Positions 1 to 8,255 of a DNA stretch of 64,000 bases are shown in pieces. A program made the position numbers and the translations under genes. Location: IMG/VR virus record IMGVR_UViG_3300023276_001265; one strand, 5' to 3'. Source of the stretch: a virus. Position 1 is the stretch's first letter. Every line of letters begins with the position of its first letter. Under the pieces are notes generated by a model, which did not search any database, was not told the DNA's origin, and was given only the letters and a program-made list of their open reading frames with translations.

Positions 1-59
1 GTCGAATTGAACAAGCGCACCGGTTTTAGTGGCATCAAGAATGGCTTCGTTGTCAGTCA

Positions 60-851
60 TTAGTAATCTCTCCTTGGCATTTTCCAGCCGTTAGTTTTCA
101 TATCGTTCTCAGCTTCGACCCGTCGCCTGCGCCTGCCAACGGAGACGTACCGACCAAAGTCAACAACATCCACGACACCGCCGAGGATATATCCTCTCTT
201 ACCTCCCTGTGCTAGCAGTGAGCACTGCTGGGCAAGATGTGCTGTGATTCCAGGGAGAAAGAAGTGGGAGTAAATGGTGAGGAGCGCGTCTGCCTCAGAG
301 AGGGCTTCGGCGAGCTTCATCAACCTCTCGTCAGTGAACCTACCTTCTCGTGAAACCACGATCCCGGTGATGGCGACAACCTCGATACGGTTGTCAAGGA
401 TCTTGGCTGCCATAGGGGCCATCTCATCAGCGACTTTGCCCCAGTCAGCGTTACGCTTGTCCTGGAGCTTCCAGACCTTCTTCACGTAGCGACGGATTCT
501 GCTCGGGAGCCCCAGTCCAAGGCTGTAAATACCTGAGCGAGACCACCCGTCGAGGTCCTTCTTAACCTTCTTGAGAAAGCCTGGGGCGTAGTTCCCTACG
601 ATATTGCCGTCGTCGTCGAACCTTACAGGGATAGCGCCAGGGTGAGCCTTCTGTTGCGCCTTGATGGTCGCGGGAACCTGCTGATCTTTGACGATCGGGT
701 CAACCCTCGCCATGCCACTAAGCTGACGACCCCTGCGCTTACCGAGTTTATCAAACTCAACCATCTTGGTACACTTCGGATCGCCGCAGTCACACGGCGC
801 CCCTCGACGGTTTCCACCTGGTCGTGGTGATCCTCTTCGCTTTTTGCTCAT
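60..851 (-). CDS. hypothetical protein
   Basis: ORF 60-989; ATG at 851 (MSKKRR) preferred because it follows the GGTAGAAG-N5-ATG motif; N-terminal CxCxxxxC. Confidence 0.6.
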   Translation of the reverse strand: MSKKRRGSPRPGGNRRGAPCDCGDPKCTKMVEFDKLGKRRGRQLSGMARVDPIVKDQQVPATIKAQQKAHPGAIPVRFDDDGNIVGNYAPGFLKKVKKDLDGWSRSGIYSLGLGLPSRIRRYVKKVWKLQDKRNADWGKVADEMAPMAAKILDNRIEVVAITGIVVSREGRFTDERLMKLAEALSEADALLTIYSHFFLPGITAHLAQQCSLLAQGGKRGYILGGVVDVVDFGRYVSVGRRRRRVEAENDMKTNGWKMPRRDY

Positions 852-912
852 GCAGTCTTCTACCCAACTCCTCTGACAATTAGTCGTCGGTATAAGACTG
901 CATGAGCAAAAA
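841..912. promoter_or_regulatory. 24-bp inverted repeat holding two divergent -10-like boxes and start codons
   Basis: 841-864 is the reverse complement of 889-912 at 23/24 positions: GGTA(G/T)AAGACTGCATGAGCAAAAA. Confidence 0.6.
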
Positions 913-1336
913 CCCCCCACACTACATTCAAGTAACTCTGACTCCAGAGCAGGCAGGAGTAGTTGTCGATGCTCTTGACCTTCTCTCACGAATTCACATA
1001 GGACAGTTCCACACGATCAGCGAGCAGTTCTTTGAGAAGCTACTAGACAGTGATGCCATCATCCGGATGGAAAACTGCCTGCTCGAAGCACGGCAGGAGG
1101 TCTTCCCAGAGCTAACCGGGCCTGGACACTCGCACAGTATGACTGGGGAGAAGGTAGCCGAGGCAGGCAAGGTCTCTTGGGACATACTTCAGGTGGTCCG
1201 CAACGCCAGCGCCTTCGCAGGTAATCCAGAAGGAGGTCACACGGTCGATTTCAACGACCCGATGTTCGTGTCTAAGTCTGTTCCCAGACCCGTCGCAAAT
1301 TCTGTGTCGATCCTAGATCGACTCGCTGATGCTTAG
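902..1336 (+). CDS. hypothetical protein
   Basis: 144-aa ORF with normal composition; ends ILDRLADA. Confidence 0.7.
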   Translation: MSKNPPHYIQVTLTPEQAGVVVDALDLLSRIHIGQFHTISEQFFEKLLDSDAIIRMENCLLEARQEVFPELTGPGHSHSMTGEKVAEAGKVSWDILQVVRNASAFAGNPEGGHTVDFNDPMFVSKSVPRPVANSVSILDRLADA

Positions 1337-1878
1337 GCCGTATCGTCATCAAGCAGTGCCTGCAACAGTAGGTCGAGCACGTTCGAGGTTGGAAGAAAGT
1401 CAACCACTGTTCTGACTACAACGGGAACACGGTCTTCCCACCCCTGCGTATCCGGTGTCCGATAGATTGGCCAATCGTCGTATCCCATCTCAGGATCGTC
1501 CATCCTATCTGGAGCAGTCCGGAGCGTTTGCTGGCCTATGAGGCGATCGATGTCTTTAGCGACCATTCGCATACAGCTAAAGCTGTCGTCAACGTAAATC
1601 CGTCCCAGGTCACTGGCGCTCTGGAGGTCGCTCTTCACGTATTCGATAAGCCTCCCACGATGAATCGGCAGGGTCTTGGGTACGCGCCGCACGATCATCA
1701 TCCGGAGAACATGCGCCCACTCGTAATTGGTAGCCGCCCTAGTTAGTGGCCATCCTACGGGCTCTTTATAGGTGTAGACGAGTCTAAGTCGCCTGTTCAC
1801 ACCTATCCTGCGGCGAATAGCTGCTCGCTTCCGACGATCCTTCTCGGCCCGGACGATGTGTTTGTTCGTGTAGTGCAT
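1333..1878 (-). CDS. hypothetical protein (IVRRVP paralog family)
   Basis: 181-aa ORF; shares the IVRRVP...L.E.(L/V)..D(L/I) segment with 25302-25697 and 25699-26058. Confidence 0.65.
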   Translation of the reverse strand: MHYTNKHIVRAEKDRRKRAAIRRRIGVNRRLRLVYTYKEPVGWPLTRAATNYEWAHVLRMMIVRRVPKTLPIHRGRLIEYVKSDLQSASDLGRIYVDDSFSCMRMVAKDIDRLIGQQTLRTAPDRMDDPEMGYDDWPIYRTPDTQGWEDRVPVVVRTVVDFLPTSNVLDLLLQALLDDDTA

Positions 1879-1919
1879 ATGTAGTGATACCCGAAACCCT
1901 GTAGGAGGTAAAAAAGATC

Positions 1920-3611
1920 ATGGACATGCTAGTAGGAACCAACGACGACGGAAGTGACTTCACGGTCAAAGCCAGTGATCTGCTGACGCACGGCGTCATT
2001 CTAGGCCGCACCGGATCTGGTAAGACCGGAGCCACGGTCACCACTGTCGAGAACGCCGTCATGAGCGGTGCGTCGGCGATTATCCTCGACCCCAAGGGCG
2101 ACCTGACTAACCTCGCTCTGGTATTCCCCGACCTCGCCGCTGAGGATTTCGCTCCTTGGTCTGAGGAAGGCTCGGACTCTGAGAAGATCGCCGAGAAGGC
2201 TCAGAAAGAGCTTGGTCACCTTGCCCCTAACGTCCGTGTCTGGAAAGACGCGGCTGATGTCACGATCTACGCCCCTGGCAAGACCCACGGAGGCGGTAAG
2301 CCCATCAACGTCCTCGCCTCCTTCGGCGCTCCAACTGGAACATTTAACGATCAGTCCCTCCGAGACCGTGCCTCGGCTGTCGTGTCCTCGGTCCTGAGCG
2401 CAGTCGGACACGGCGCTGACCCTCTCACCGATCCGGCCAATGTCTTCATGACTGATGTCATGGTCAATTCTTGGAAGAACGGTAAAGGATTCCCAATGGA
2501 GGAATGGGCGACGACGCTCACTGACCCTCCTGCCGAGTTCCAAGTCATTGATGGACTTCCGATCAACGATTTCTTCCCCAAGAAGGATCGCCTAAAGATC
2601 GCACGTGCGGTCGTCGGCTTTCGTCGCCAGGCCACCAAGTGGCTGGACGGTGAGGCTCTGTCCATTGAGAGCTACATCGGTATCAACAAGCCAAAGGTCT
2701 CAGTCTTCACCATGCGCCACCTCAACGAGGGTGAGCGTAAGTTCTTCGCAGCAATGCTCCTGTCGGCAATCGTGGACTACATGTTCCGCGCTCCGGCCAG
2801 CAACAAGCTGAAGCTACTGGTCGTCCTTGACGAGGCCCGTGGCTACCTGCCTCCATACCCGCTCAACCCTCCGACCAAGAAGCCGATCTGCACCCTCCTG
2901 GCGCAGGCCCGTGCCCACGGCATCGGTATTCTGATCGGGACGCAGAACCCAAACGACCTGGACTACAAAGCCCTCACTAACGTCGGCACCTGGTTCCTGG
3001 GCAAGCTGCGTGAGCGTGACTGCGCCCGTGACCTCAAGCGTGAGCTCTCGGTCCGCAATGTTGATCGGGACATTCTGTCCACGGTTCCGCAGCAACACTT
3101 CCTGGTGCTCAAGAAAGACGGCACCCACAGTCTGGCCAAGATCCGCTGGGCCTACAGCTACCTCCGTGGACCGTTGAGCGGTCAGGAGCTTCTCCGCCTG
3201 GAGGACTCTGTCCAGACCTCCTTCAAGCCTGTCCAGACCTCCGTCAAGCCCGTCAAGCCCTCCTACAAGGCGTCGTCTGCAGCCGCTCAGGTGTTTGAGG
3301 GCAGCGGTGACGTTCGCATCAACTTCGTCCTGACCGATCGCAAGTCAGGAGGGTCTACGGTAGTCGTAGAGCATTCCATCAATGGCGGCGATAGCTGGAG
3401 GTCGTCTCGTATCAAGAACAAGTCCAAGAGTTACGGGTCAACCCCTTTCGGTCAGAGACATACGGTGGTGTGGAACACGATCAAGGACGTGGGCCGCAAG
3501 AACGTGACAGCGCTGGTGCGCCTGAAGATCAACGGTCAAATCTCTCAGCACTACTCGGTGTTCAAGGTGAACAACACGAGGATTAGCCGCTTCTCGTCGC
3601 TGTTCTCCTAA
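1920..3611 (+). CDS. HerA/FtsK-superfamily (DUF87-like) P-loop ATPase with beta-rich C-terminal domain
   Basis: THGVILGRTGSGKT (Walker A), ILDPKGD, LVVLDEA (Walker B), QARAHGIGILIGTQNP. Confidence 0.85.
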   Translation: MDMLVGTNDDGSDFTVKASDLLTHGVILGRTGSGKTGATVTTVENAVMSGASAIILDPKGDLTNLALVFPDLAAEDFAPWSEEGSDSEKIAEKAQKELGHLAPNVRVWKDAADVTIYAPGKTHGGGKPINVLASFGAPTGTFNDQSLRDRASAVVSSVLSAVGHGADPLTDPANVFMTDVMVNSWKNGKGFPMEEWATTLTDPPAEFQVIDGLPINDFFPKKDRLKIARAVVGFRRQATKWLDGEALSIESYIGINKPKVSVFTMRHLNEGERKFFAAMLLSAIVDYMFRAPASNKLKLLVVLDEARGYLPPYPLNPPTKKPICTLLAQARAHGIGILIGTQNPNDLDYKALTNVGTWFLGKLRERDCARDLKRELSVRNVDRDILSTVPQQHFLVLKKDGTHSLAKIRWAYSYLRGPLSGQELLRLEDSVQTSFKPVQTSVKPVKPSYKASSAAAQVFEGSGDVRINFVLTDRKSGGSTVVVEHSINGGDSWRSSRIKNKSKSYGSTPFGQRHTVVWNTIKDVGRKNVTALVRLKINGQISQHYSVFKVNNTRISRFSSLFS

Positions 3612-3656
3612 TGTTCAACATCTAAGGTAAAAGGTTCTAGGTGATAGGAGGATCAA

Positions 3657-6600
3657 ATGTCAGACGCACGACTAAGGGACGCTGAGAGACGCTGGAGCGA
3701 GACCGGGGCGGACGATGATCTGTCAGTCCTCGTAATCGCCAGGAAACGTGCAGGACTTGAGATCCCTTATGGGATGCGAGTCCGCATGACGAAGCTGTTC
3801 TCAACCTTAGGTAAAAACAAGCGTGGCCTGGAAGAGTTCCGCCACAAGACCTCGGGAATGATCTTCGTGATGATTCCTGCTGGCGAGTTCATGATGGGCC
3901 GAAACGATGAGGACACTCCCCAGCAGAGGAGAGAGTTCGCTGTTGGAGTGCACCAAGTGCTGGATGTCGCGCCCCAGCAGAGGAGAGAGTTCGCTGAACC
4001 GTTCCTGGTCGCCAAGTATCCATGGACAGGGCGTGAGTGGTATCGGACCACAGGGGAGTTCCCCTCTCATTTCCCCACACGGGCGATGATGGACGAGTGG
4101 ATGCCAGTCGCAATCCCAGAAGACGCCACCTACGGCCCTGAAATCCGCATGGAGGCTATCGACAGCGATGGAAAGAGATGGGGAGACCACCCCGTCGAGT
4201 CCGTCTCGTGGGACCGTTGTCGCCAAGTCGAGGATCACATCAATAGGGTTGACTTCGTCCGTCAGTTCAATGCCCGATTCCTCCTCAAGAATGACCTAAA
4301 GGAACACGCATGGGTCAATTGGGTCGATTACACCCACGGACTCGCTTCAATCAATCTATCTCCAGCGAAGCTCAGACCTGATGGAGAGGTGGTGCTTCCA
4401 CACTTCGCAGGACTGGTCTTCACTGATGAGGTCGAGAGCCTCTACCAGGGCTGGCTCTGGAACGAGGACAACGAGCGTGCTGGCTTCCAGCTGCCGACCG
4501 AGTCGATGTGGGAATATGCGGCCCGTGCAGGGACAACAACTCGCTACCCCAACGGGGACACGGACGAGGACCTAGCGAAGATCGCCTGGTTCGGCGGTGA
4601 CTGGGATGATGGTCACAAGGCTGTCGGCCTGAAAGATGACAACAACTGGGGCCTCCACGATAACTGCGGCAACGTGTTCGAGTGGACTCGCTGCATGTGG
4701 CGTCAAACGGTCGAGGAAAACCCAGTGAACGGCTTCCTCGCAGTAGGGGAAGAATGCTCGGACCCTACGGTTACGGAATACCTCTGCGATTCATCGATCC
4801 AGGAACGTGTATCCGTACAATTAGCCGCTCCGCCCTTACCTCCTTCGAACGAGGATGGCAGTCAATCCAGCAACAACCCACAGACCTCGGAGTCCGACCC
4901 TGCTGGAGAGCAAAGTAGCCCGGACCCTACCCCAGTTTCACCCTCAGAGGGGGTGACTGGATCGTCGGAGCAGGGGTCCTCTGCATCAAGAGGCACACCG
5001 ACTACGCCCCTCACTACTACTGGGGAACCCGATCAGCCTGGAGGGGAAGGTGAACCTGGTTTTTTCGGCCAGACCCCTGCGGAGAGATCAAGCTCTCCGA
5101 CGGAGGGCTCTGCAACATCAGTAGTGCCCCAGGGGGCGGTCGATACTTCGACCAGATCTACGGGCGCTACGCAAGGTTCAGAATCCTCAAGTCCGTCTGC
5201 TGGACTCACAGCCTCAGCTGGAGAGAGCGGACCGCAAGTTTCAGGGACCTCCTCTGGAGAACCAGTCATCAGTCCCACGTCAGCACCCGACCAGTCTGGC
5301 GAGGACGATAGCTCGGATTTTACCCAGACAGCATCTTCGTCGGAAGCGATGGGTGGGCAGACCCAGCCTGCTCCGTCGACTTCAGTAGGGGATGCTACGA
5401 CCGAGACCAATACGACCCCAGCGGCGGGGTTAGGCCAACTTGGAGAGGACGGTAGCCCGGATTTTTCACAAACTTCGTCTATTCAGACGACCCCGACATC
5501 GCCTACTTCCAGAGAAACCTCCACAGGTCCCTCTTCGGACCAGTCCCAGACAGGTGGGTCACACGCGGAGGAGACTTCCACGACGCAGGACCCAACCGCC
5601 GGGGCGTCGAGCCTAGTAGTCGATGCTACGCAGGTGGACACCGACTCTCCTGGCGAGGACGATAGCTCGGACCCTACGCATGGCTCGGATACGTCCCTGA
5701 GTCGAGATTCTACTCCGCAGGAGTCGGAACTTACTACCAGCCCCCACGGGACGAATACCGATGCGGATGCAACGCCTGTAACCCAGGAGGACACCGGGCC
5801 GCAGGCACCAGGATCTTCTGGAGAGGGCGTTAGCTCGGATTTTCCTCAAGGTGGACAGTCCACCGAGATCCAACCTTCCCCCCAAACGAGTTCGCCCTCA
5901 GAGGGCGGCAAGGGTCTTCTTTCCTCGATTCAGGGTTCATCTACGCCTCCTACGTCCCACTTGAGGTCAGCGCGACCTACGCAGAAAACGGCCGATACAT
6001 CAAAGGAAACATCTGGGACACCTTGGAAGGAGAAGAGAACATCTTCTCCACAGGAGAACGATCTTCCAGACAGCGATACATCATCCTCGGCTCACAAGGA
6101 CTCCGACCGGCCTGGAGGTGCCGGTGACGCTGTCCCTTTAGCCTTAAGGAGCGTGTCGACCAGCTCCTCGGAACACTCACCATCGACAACAGCGCCTTCG
6201 AGGACAACTTCAAGTATCAAGCCAAGTATGGAGACGCCTTCCGGCAGGTCTACGCAGCAGACGACATCAGGCTCACCCAACAGTTCTACACCGACAACTG
6301 GATGGCCGAGGGAACAGTCATCATCAAGGGAGGACATTGGAACTCGTCCGCAAGTCAACTCACCATCGCCTGGGACGACCCAACCGACCCAGACGACTCC
6401 TACGGGGAGTGGGGACTCAGACCAGCCTGGAGAATTCGGTAGTGCTGTCCCTTTAGCCTTGCGGAGCGAGTCATTCCGCTCCTCAGAGACGGCTTCCTCC
6501 GAGAACGACTCGCCGAGGTCAACGACTATCTCACCGAGGTCAGGCACAGAGCTTTCTCCTCCCATGACACATCAAGAGTCATCGTCGTCCGAAGCTCGGG

Positions 6601-8255
6601 GCAACACATGCCGATCGCCGCAGGACCTTGCCCCAGACATCGATCCGGAGGTGCCAGGGCTGAATGCACCTCACCCAGAGCAGCCTGGCGGAGCCGTTAG
6701 CTCGGATTTTCCTCAAGGGTCGCAGCCATGTCCCAGCGCATCTTTGATCTCACAAGACGACAAGACGATAGCTGGCTCGTCGTCAGTCCAGAGATCGCAA
6801 GAGAGCTTAGACACGTCTACGACCACAGAGCCGACAGAATGCTCAGAGGAGGCTTCTTCAACTCCGACACCAGAGACCAGTTCGAGGATGGATGGGACAT
6901 CTGGTCTCTCGATCCCGATCTTCCCGACCGTATCGCTGGGCTCAGGCTCACCTGGCGAGCGAGGTGATTCGGATTTTCCCCCGTCGCCTTCATTGGAAGA
7001 GGGGGTGGAAAGACTGAGGTCCTCGGGCTTAACCTCTTCGCCTCCATCATTGATGTCGCAAATTTCGGATTCCCCAGACTCGACAAGGTCCTCAGAAACC
7101 ACGCCTGGTTCGACCTCCCAGAATTCAGCAGGTGGCGACAACACTCCTGCACAGATGGAGAGGACGACGGATTCAGAGCCTCCTGGAGAGGGCGGTGATT
7201 CGGATTTTCCGTTGACGACCCCCTCGCTCTCCTACGAGGAGGCGCCTGGGGCGCAGGATCCATCACCCCAATCGATGAACACCACCCATGGGTCGATGAC
7301 TGGGCGCTCGACCGGGATCTCCCAGACGAGACCGCAGGAGGGCGACCAGCCTGGAGAGGGAGGTGATTCGGATTTTCCCCAAGGGCCTTCCTCCACTACT
7401 ACGTTCCCCAGGACTCAGACACCTGGGAGGCCTGGGAGTGGACCGGCGGATCAGAGCTCATGTCAATCAGCCAACGAAGCAGAGTCCACATCAAGGGAGG
7501 AAGCTACTACTCCAACGCCGACACCACACCAAGCCCAACCGTCTGTAGCCGATCCTACGAATACACAGTCGCCACTGGAGCGGGGAGTTGGATCGGACTC
7601 CGATCAGCCTGGAGAGGGAGGTGATTCGGATTTTCCGTTGGGGAGTTCACTCGCTTCGACATCCCTTCCTTCAGTAACTTCTGGGCCACCACCGTCGCAT
7701 CCCGACTCCCCACTGGACCAACCATCATCGTCAGAGCCCCAAGCTGGCAGTGCGACACAGGAGACTGCCTTATCAGAGATCCTCGCTGGGCTGAGGAGCG
7801 AGATGACAACATCTCCCCAAGAGCGGCCTGGAGGTGCCGCAGACCCTGATACCTTTCCAGGTGGACTCGGACCGCATATTGATAAGTGGGCTCCTCTCCT
7901 CTCCGGCATTGATGAGACCTGGACCCGGACAGTCGCAGCAGCCATGCTCGAAAACGAATCAAGACATCTACAGCGTCTCCAGTCTGAGGTCGATGGAGAG
8001 GGCGTCGGCCCCTTTCTCCAATACGCCCTCCCTCTCATCAGACGGGCCAGTCCTCTCAACTTTCCCTACGTCCAGCCCATGCTCGGACCCATCGGAGGAA
8101 TGGCCTTCTACAGACCGGATCTCGCCCGTAGAAGAGACCCCATTGAGCGAGGAGGAAGTTGGTACGAGGACACCGGCGTTCTCGGACTTGATGAGAGAGG
8201 GGCTTCTGGTGCCATCAGCTCCAGAGGGCATCGACCTGCATGGCGCTCCCGGTAG
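3657..8255 (+). CDS. FGE-sulfatase (SUMF1/C-type-lectin fold) domain protein; zero-frame read-through product of a cassette array
   Basis: FVMIPAGEFMMG, HPVESVSW, FQLPTESMWEYAARAG, NNWGLHDNCGNVFEW; the closing RGGSW...GHRPAWR motif appears only about 1100 aa later; the intervening region is S/T/P/G-rich; GGAGG RBS. Confidence 0.9.
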   Translation: MSDARLRDAERRWSETGADDDLSVLVIARKRAGLEIPYGMRVRMTKLFSTLGKNKRGLEEFRHKTSGMIFVMIPAGEFMMGRNDEDTPQQRREFAVGVHQVLDVAPQQRREFAEPFLVAKYPWTGREWYRTTGEFPSHFPTRAMMDEWMPVAIPEDATYGPEIRMEAIDSDGKRWGDHPVESVSWDRCRQVEDHINRVDFVRQFNARFLLKNDLKEHAWVNWVDYTHGLASINLSPAKLRPDGEVVLPHFAGLVFTDEVESLYQGWLWNEDNERAGFQLPTESMWEYAARAGTTTRYPNGDTDEDLAKIAWFGGDWDDGHKAVGLKDDNNWGLHDNCGNVFEWTRCMWRQTVEENPVNGFLAVGEECSDPTVTEYLCDSSIQERVSVQLAAPPLPPSNEDGSQSSNNPQTSESDPAGEQSSPDPTPVSPSEGVTGSSEQGSSASRGTPTTPLTTTGEPDQPGGEGEPGFFGQTPAERSSSPTEGSATSVVPQGAVDTSTRSTGATQGSESSSPSAGLTASAGESGPQVSGTSSGEPVISPTSAPDQSGEDDSSDFTQTASSSEAMGGQTQPAPSTSVGDATTETNTTPAAGLGQLGEDGSPDFSQTSSIQTTPTSPTSRETSTGPSSDQSQTGGSHAEETSTTQDPTAGASSLVVDATQVDTDSPGEDDSSDPTHGSDTSLSRDSTPQESELTTSPHGTNTDADATPVTQEDTGPQAPGSSGEGVSSDFPQGGQSTEIQPSPQTSSPSEGGKGLLSSIQGSSTPPTSHLRSARPTQKTADTSKETSGTPWKEKRTSSPQENDLPDSDTSSSAHKDSDRPGGAGDAVPLALRSVSTSSSEHSPSTTAPSRTTSSIKPSMETPSGRSTQQTTSGSPNSSTPTTGWPREQSSSREDIGTRPQVNSPSPGTTQPTQTTPTGSGDSDQPGEFGSAVPLALRSESFRSSETASSENDSPRSTTISPRSGTELSPPMTHQESSSSEARGNTCRSPQDLAPDIDPEVPGLNAPHPEQPGGAVSSDFPQGSQPCPSASLISQDDKTIAGSSSVQRSQESLDTSTTTEPTECSEEASSTPTPETSSRMDGTSGLSIPIFPTVSLGSGSPGERGDSDFPPSPSLEEGVERLRSSGLTSSPPSLMSQISDSPDSTRSSETTPGSTSQNSAGGDNTPAQMERTTDSEPPGEGGDSDFPLTTPSLSYEEAPGAQDPSPQSMNTTHGSMTGRSTGISQTRPQEGDQPGEGGDSDFPQGPSSTTTFPRTQTPGRPGSGPADQSSCQSANEAESTSREEATTPTPTPHQAQPSVADPTNTQSPLERGVGSDSDQPGEGGDSDFPLGSSLASTSLPSVTSGPPPSHPDSPLDQPSSSEPQAGSATQETALSEILAGLRSEMTTSPQERPGGAADPDTFPGGLGPHIDKWAPLLSGIDETWTRTVAAAMLENESRHLQRLQSEVDGEGVGPFLQYALPLIRRASPLNFPYVQPMLGPIGGMAFYRPDLARRRDPIERGGSWYEDTGVLGLDERGASGAISSRGHRPAWRSR
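3918..3996 (+). repeat. 25-bp exact direct repeat (PQQRREFA x2)
   Basis: CCCCAGCAGAGGAGAGAGTTCGCTG at 3918-3942 and 3972-3996. Confidence 0.9.
4760..7849 (+). other. array of 14 alternative FGE C-terminal cassettes in the -1 frame
   Basis: Heptamer-to-stop coordinates: 4760-4918, 4922-5053, 5060-5311, 5315-5455, 5459-5665, 5669-5833, 5837-6127, 6134-6442, 6449-6700, 6704-6967, 6971-7198, 7202-7366, 7370-7624, 7628-7849. All end R-x-x-W-R-x-(R/K) (e.g. GLRPAWRIR*, GVRPTWRGR*, GFRASWRGR*); many have an RGGxW-like motif (LRGGDW, IKGGHW, LRGGAW, IKGGSY, TRGGDF, LRGGFF). Confidence 0.9.

Noticed and set aside
4900-7640. CRISPR array
   Set aside because: Junction repeats are degenerate, spacing is irregular (about 135-315 bp, always a multiple of 3), the units are protein-coding and there are no cas genes.
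4760-7849. Shufflon or invertible cassette system
   Set aside because: All cassettes are in direct orientation, no site-specific recombinase is adjacent, junction sequences fall into four different types, and recombination would not need an open zero frame.
7370-7849. Inserts of cassettes 13 and 14 as tail tube or terminase fragments
   Set aside because: Only a few scattered identities (DSD..W; F.IPS..N), too weak to call. Cassettes 2, 4, 9 and 12 have no recognisable donor.
4770-7850. Ordinary mucin-like low-complexity linker
   Set aside because: The composition is explained as the shadow of coding sequence in the -1 frame.
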